DNA of 64,000 nt from Auanema rhodensis (Eukaryota > Animalia > Nematoda). The stretch is from positions 22,444,001-22,508,000 of the forward strand of contig OZ059896.1 in assembly GCA_964057225.1 (NCBI GenBank), given 5' to 3'. The position numbers and the translations under genes were made by a program. This document shows positions 57,201 to 64,000 of the stretch, piece by piece. Numbering within the stretch: the stretch's first letter is position 1; each line of letters begins with the position of its first letter. Below the pieces are notes generated by a model. That model did no database searches. It was given only the letters and a program-made list of their open reading frames with translations, and was not told where the DNA came from.

Positions 57201-60200
57201 AAGTTCACACTTATATCATCGATTTTCACCCTGAAGAATTAATTTTTTCGTTGAATAACATTGTCCATCGTCTTTGCCTTAAAAAAAAGAATCTAAAAAC
57301 ATCTACTTTTTGCTAAATTATTTTGAAAGTTTTCGAAAAAATTTTTGTCAAAATGTTTTTGGAAGCAATGTTGAGTGTACATGGAAACTCAACATACACT
57401 AATGCATCATTTTTCAAACGATCATAACTAATTTTTTATTAAGCGTTTTTCAATGTAGTATAGTGCATTCGATGCGGATTTTTAAGCTGCGTCGATCTGT
57501 GTTATCAGATTTGCGCTAGTTTAAAAATGCACCGAGATATCAACTGATATAAGTTCACACTTATATCCTCGATTTTCACCCTGAAGAATTAATTTTTTCG
57601 TTGAATAACATTGTCCATCGTCTTTGCTTTGAAAAAAGGAATCTAAAAACATCTACTTTTTGCTAAATTATTTTGAAATTTTTCGAAAAAATTTTTGTCA
57701 AAATGTTTTTGGAAACAATGTTGAGTGTACATGGAAACTCAACATACACTAATGCATCATTTTTCAAACGATCATAACTAATTTCTGTATTAAGCGTTTC
57801 TCAATGTAGTATAGTGCATTCGATGCGGATTTTTAAGCTGCGTCGATCTGTGTTATCAGATTTGCGCTAGCTTAAAAATGCACCGAGATATCAACTGATA
57901 TAAGTTCACACTTATATCCTCGATTTTCACCCTGAAGAATTGATTTTTTCGTTGAATAACATTGTCCATCGTTTTTGCCTTGAAAAAAGAAATCTAAAAA
58001 CATCTACTTTTTGCTAAATTATTTTGAAATTTTTCGAAAAAATTTTTGTCAAAATGTTTTTGGAAGCAATGTTGATTGTACATGGAAACTCAACATACAC
58101 TAATGCATCATTTTTCAAACGATCATAACTAATTTTTGTATTAAGCGTTTCTCAATGTAGTATAGTGCATTCCATGCGGATTTTTAAGCTGCGTCGATCT
58201 GTGTTATCAGATTTGCGCTAGCTTAAAAATGCACCGAGATATCAACTGATATAAGTTCACACTTATATCATCGATTTTCACCCTGAAGAATTAATTTTTT
58301 CGTTGAATAACATTGTCCATCGTCTTTGCCTTAAAAAAAGGAATCTAAAAACATCTACTTTTTGCTAAATTATTTTGAAAGTTTTCGAAAAAATTTTTGT
58401 CAAAATGTTTTTGGAAGCAATGTTGAGTGTACATGGAAACTCAACATACACTAATGCATCATTTTTCAAACGATCATAACTAATTTTTTATTAAGCGTTT
58501 TTCAATGTAGTATAGTGCATTCGATGCGGATTTTTAAGCTGCGTCGATCTGTGTTATCAGATTTGCGCTAGCTTAAAAATGCACCGAGATATCAACTGAT
58601 ATAAGTTCACACTTATATCCTCGATTTTCACCCTGAAGAATTGATTTTTTCGTTGAATAACATTGTCCATCGTTTTTGCCTTAAAAAAAGAAATCTAAAA
58701 ACATCTACTTTTTGCTAAATTATTTTGAAATTTTTCGAAAAAATTTTTGTCAAAATGTTTTTGGAAGCAATGTTGATTGTACATGGAAACTCAACATACA
58801 CTAATGCATCATTTTTCAAACGATCATAACTAATTTTTGTATTAAGCGTTTCTCAATGTAGTATAGTGCATTTGATGCGGATTTTTAAGCTGCGTCGATC
58901 TGTGTTATCAGATTTGCGCTAGCTTAAAAATGCACCGAGATATCAACTGATATAAGTTCACACTTATATCCTCGATTTTCACCCTGAAGAATTGATTTTT
59001 TCGTTGAATAACATTGTCCATCGTTTTTGCCTTGAAAAAAGAAATCTAAAAACATCTACTTTTTGCTAAATTATTTTGAAATTTTTCGAAAAAATTTTTG
59101 TCAAAATGTTTTTGGAAGCAATGTTGAGTGTACATGGAAACTCAACATACACTAATGCATCATTTTTCAAACGATCATAACTAATTTTTGTATTAAGCGT
59201 TTCTCAATGTAGTATAGTGCATTCCATGCGGATTTTTAAGCTGCGTCGATCTGTGTTATCAGATTTGCGCTAGCTTAAAAATGCACCGAGATATCAACTG
59301 ATATAAGTTCACACTTATATCCTCGATTTTCACCCTGAAGAATTAATTTTTTCGTTGAATAACATTGTCCATCGTCTTTGCTTTGAAAAAATGAATCTAA
59401 AAACATCTACTTTTTGCTAAATTATTTTGAAATTTTTCGAAAAAATTTTTGTCAAAATGTTTTTGGAAACAATGTTGAGTGTACATGGAAACTCAACATA
59501 CACTAATGCATCATTTTTCAAACGATCATAACTAATTTCTGTATTAAGCGTTTCTCAATGTAGTATAGTGCATTCGATGCGGATTTTTAAGCTGCGTCGA
59601 TCTGTGTTATCAGATTTGCGCTAGCTTAAAAATGCACCGAGATATCAACTGATATAAGTTCACACTTATATCCTCGATTTTCACCCTGAAGAATTAATTT
59701 TTTCGTTGAATAACATTGTCCATCGTCTTTGCTTTGAAAAAAGGAATCTAAAAACATCTACTTTTTGCTAAATTATTTTGAAATTTTTCGAAAAAATTTT
59801 TGTCAAAATGTTTTTGGAAACAATGTTGAGTGTACATGGAAACTCAACATACACTAATGCATCATTTTTCAAACGATCATAACTAATTTCTGTATTAAGC
59901 GTTTCTCAATGTAGTATAGTGCATTCGATGCGGATTTTTAAGCTGCGTCGATCTGTGTTATCAGATTTGCGCTAGTTTAAAAATGCACCGAGATATCAAC
60001 TGATATAAGTTCACACTTATATCCTCGATTTTCACCCTGAAGAATTAATTTTTTCGTTGAATAACATTGTCCATCGTCTTTGCTTTGAAAAAAGGAATCT
60101 AAAAACATCTACTTTTTGCTAAATTATTTTGAAATTTTTCGAAAAAATTTTTGTCAAAATGTTTTTGGAAGCAATGTTGAGTGTACATGGAAACTCAACA

Positions 60201-63200
60201 TACACTAATGCATCATTTTTCAAACGATCATAACTAATTTCTGTATTAAGCGTTTCTCAATGTAGTATAGTGCATTCGATGCGGATTTTTAAGCTGCGTC
60301 GATCTGTGTTATCAGATTTGCGCTAGCTTAAAAATGCACCGAGATATCAACTGATATAAGTTCACACTTATATCCTCGATTTTCACCCTGAAGAATTAAT
60401 TTTTTCGTTGAATAACATTGTCCATCGTCTTTGCCTTGAAAAAAGGAATCTAAAAACATCTACTTTTTGCTAAATTATTCTGAAATTTTTCGAAAAAATT
60501 TTTGTCAAAATGTTTTTGGAAGCAATGTTGAGTGTACATGGAAACTCAACATACACTAATGCATCATTTTTCAAACGATCATAACTAATTTTTGTATTAA
60601 GCGTTTCTCAATGTAGTATAGTGCATTCGATGCGGATTTTTAAGCTGCGTCGATCTGTGTTATCAGATTTGCGCTAGCTTAAAAATGCACCGAGATATCA
60701 ACTGATATAAGTTCACACTTATATCCTCGATTTTCACCCTGAAGAATTAATTTTTTCGTTGAATAACATTGTCCATCGTCTTTGCTTTGAAAAAAGGAAT
60801 CTAAAAACATCTACTTTTTGCTAAATTAATTTGAAATTTTTCGAAAAAATTTTTGTCAAAATGTTTTTGGAAACAATGTTGAGTGTACATGGAAACTCAA
60901 CATACACTAATGCATCATTTTTCAAACGATCATAACTAATTTCTGTATTAAGCGTTTCTCAATGTAGTATAGTGCATTCGATGCGGATTTTTAAGCTGCG
61001 TCGATCTGTGTTATCAGATTTGCGCTAGCTTAAAAATGCAGCGAGATATCAACTGATATAAGTTCAAACTTATATCCTCGATTTTCACCCTGAAGAATTA
61101 ATTTTTTCGTTGAATAACATTGTCCATCGTCTTTGCCTTGAAAAAAGGAATCTAAAATCATCTACTTTTTGCTAAATTATTCTGAAATTTTTCGAAAAAA
61201 TTTTTGTCAAAATGTTTTTGGAAGCAATGTTGAGTGTACATGGAAACTCAACATACACTAATGCATCATTTTTCAAACGATCATAACTAATTTTTGTATT
61301 AAGCGTTTCTCAATGTAGTATAGTGCATTCGATGCGGATTTTTAAGCTGCGTCGATCTGTGTTATCAGATTTGCGCTAGCTTAAATATGCACCGAGATAT
61401 CAACTGATATAAGTTCACACTTATATCCTCGATTTTCACCCTGAAGAATTAATTTTTTCGTAGAATAACATTGTCCATCGTCTTTGCCTTGAAAAAAAGA
61501 ATTTAAAAACATCTACTTTTTGCTAAATTAATTTGAAATTTTTCGAAAAAATTTTTGTCAAAATGTTTTTGGAAGCAATGTTGAGTGTACATGGAAACTC
61601 AACATACACTAATGCATCATTTTTCAAACGATCATAACTAATTTTTGTATTAAGCGTTTCTCAATGTAGTATAGTGCATTCGATGCGGATTTTTAAGCTG
61701 CGTCGATCTGTGTTATCAGATTTGCGCTAGCTTAAAAATGCACCGTTATATCAACTGATATAAGTTCACACTTATATCCTCGATTTTCACCCTGAAGAAT
61801 TGATTTTTTCGTAGAATAACATTGTCCATCGTCTTTGCCTTGAAAAAAGGAATCTAAAAACATCTACTTTTTGCTAAATTATTTTGAAATTTTTCGAAAA
61901 CATTTTTGTCAAAATGTTTTTGGAAGCAATGTTGATTGTACATGGAAACTCAACATACACTAATGCATCATTTTTCAAACGATCATAACTAATTTTTGTA
62001 TTAAGCGTTTCTCAATGTAGTATAATGCATTCGATGCGGATTTTTAAGCTGCGTCGATCTGTGTTATCAGATTTGCGCTAGCTTAAAAATGCACCGAGAT
62101 ATCAACTGATATAAGTTCACACTTATATCCTCGATTTTCACCCTGAAGAATTAATTTTTTCGTAGAATAACATTGTCCATCGTCTTTGCCTTAAAAAAAG
62201 GAATCTAAAAACATCTACTTTTTGCTAAATTAATTTGAAATTTTTCGAAAAAATTTTTGTCAAAATGTTTTTGGAAGCAATGTTGAGTGTACATGGAAAC
62301 TCAACATACACTAATGCATCATTTTTCAAACGATCATAACTAATTTTTGTATTAAGCGTTTCTCAATGTAGTATAGTGCATTCGATGCGGATTTTTAAGC
62401 TGCGTCGATCTGTGTTATCAGATTTGCGCTAGCTTAAAAATGCACCGAGATATCAACTGATATAAGTTCACACTTATATCCTCGATTTTCACCCTGAAGA
62501 ATTAATTTTTTCGTTGAATAACATTGTCCATCGTCTTTGCTTTGAAAAAAGGAATCTAAAAACATCTACTTTTTGCTAAATTAATTTGAAATTTTTCGAA
62601 AAAATTTTTGTCAAAATGTTTTTGGAAACAATGTTGAGTGTACATGGAAACTCAACATACACTAATGCATCATTTTTCAAACGATCATAACTAATTTCTG
62701 TATTAAGCGTTTCTCAATGTAGTATAGTGCATTCGATGCGGATTTTTAAGCTGCGTCGATCTGTGTTATCAGATTTGCGCTAGCTTAAAAATGCACCGAG
62801 ATATCAACTGATATAAGTTCACACTTATATCCTCGATTTTCACCCTGAAGAATTAATTTTTTCGTTGAATAACATTGTCCATCGTCTTTGCCTTGAAAAA
62901 AGGAATCTAAAATCATCTACTTTTTGCTAAATTATTCTGAAATTTTTCGAAAAAATTTTTGTCAAAATGTTTTTGGAAACAATGTTGAGTGTACATGGAA
63001 ACTCAACATACACTAATGCATCATTTTTCAAACGATCATAACTAATTTTTGTATTAAGCGTTTCTCAATGTAGTATAGTGCATTCGATGCGGATTTTTAA
63101 GCTGCGTCGATCTGTGTTATCAGATTTGCGCTAGCTTAAAAATGCACCGTTATATCAACTGATATAAGTTCACACTTATATCCTCGATTTTCACCCTGAA

Positions 63201-64000
63201 GAATTGATTTTTTCGTAGAATAACATTGTCCATCGTCTTTGCCTTGAAAAAAGGAATCTAAAAACATCTACTTTTTGCTAAATTATTTTGAAATTTTTCG
63301 AAAACATTTTTGTCAAAATGTTTTTGGAAGCAATGTTGATTGTACATGGAAACTCAACATACACTAATGCATCATTTTTCAAACGATCATAACTAATTTT
63401 TGTATTAAGCGTTTCTCAATGTAGTATAATGCATTCGATGCGGATTTTTAAGCTGCGTCGATCTGTGTTATCAGATTTGCGCTAGCTTAAAAATGCACCG
63501 AGATATCAACTGATATAAGTTCACACTTATATCCTCGATTTTCACCCTGAAGAATTGATTTTTTCGTAGAATAACATTGTCCATCGTCTTTGCCTTAAAA
63601 AAAGGAATCTAAAAACATCTACTTTTTGCTAAATTAATTTGAAATTTTTCGAAAAAATTTTTGTCAAAATGTTTTTGGAAGCAATGTTGAGTGTACATGG
63701 AAACTCAACATACACTAATGCATCATTTTTCAAACGATCATAACTAATTTTTGTATTAAGCGTTTCTCAATGTAGTATAGTGCATTCGATGCGGATTTTT
63801 AAGCTGCGTCGATCTGTGTTATCAGATTTGCGCTAGCTTAAAAATGCACCGAGATATCAACTGATATAAGTTCACACTTATATCCTCGATTTTCACCCTG
63901 AAGAATTAATTTTTTCGTAGAATAACATTGTCCATCGTCTTTGCCTTGAAAAAAAGAATCTAAAAACATCTACTTTTTGCTAAATTATTTTGAAATTTTT
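39299..64000. repeat. Second copy of a large block duplication corresponding to ~1-24,200
   Basis: Rare variants are shared at offset 39298 (extended T run ~753/~40051; CTGAA 4317/43615), 41052 (CCGAACAAT 14610/55662), 39999 (TTAAATATG 21382/61381) and 39648 (CGTTA 23501/63149). Confidence 0.92.
46319..49824. repeat. Local 5-monomer higher-order repeat x2 (1753-bp period)
   Basis: The order TAG/TTCCA - ATCATC/TTCCA - TAG - ATCATC/TAATT/TTTGAT - ATCATC/GAAA occurs at 46319 and 48072. Confidence 0.8.

Larger units (their letters stand above)
1..64000. repeat. Tandem satellite DNA array, ~351-bp AT-rich monomer, ~182 head-to-tail copies, running off both window edges
   Basis: CAACTGATATAAGTTCACAC recurs at 1, 351, 702, 1054, 1405, 1756, 2107 ... 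63156, 63507, 63858 with no intervening unique sequence or inversion. Copies differ by a handful of SNPs or 1-2 bp homopolymer indels. Confidence 0.99.

Noticed and set aside
1-64000. Coding tandem repeat (351 = 117 codons)
   Set aside because: The ORF track shows no long ORFs in any frame, and 350/352-bp monomers break frame freely.
1-64000. CRISPR array or integron-like cassette array (regularly spaced hairpins)
   Set aside because: The sequence between hairpins is as conserved as the hairpins. There are no unique spacers or cassettes and no cas or integrase genes.

Overview
The whole 64-kb window is one uninterrupted head-to-tail tandem array of an AT-rich satellite monomer. The monomer is 351 bp (350-352 bp with homopolymer indels), there are about 182 copies, and a hand count of copy 351-701 gives about 31% GC. 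All copies are in the same orientation and differ by only a few substitutions each. I see no genes, RNA genes, transposon insertions, CRISPR spacers or unique sequence; the three listed ORFs arise where point variants remove stop codons. The structure of interest is at two scales. (1) Each monomer is dense in dyad symmetries: two perfect 9-bp hairpins 175 bp apart, a TTTTTCGAAAAA palindrome, and a ~67-nt imperfect foldback with an 11-bp perfect stem. Several recurrent variants improve these stems. (2) Shared variants reveal local 2-, 3-, 4- and 5-monomer higher-order repeats, older block duplications, a short gene-conversion-like patch, and a ~39-41 kb (112-117 monomer) duplication whose copies have since gained and lost whole monomers. 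This looks like eukaryotic (peri)centromeric or heterochromatic satellite DNA, probably from a lineage with little CpG methylation. I cannot assign the family or organism, and I find no support for a novel protein-coding system.
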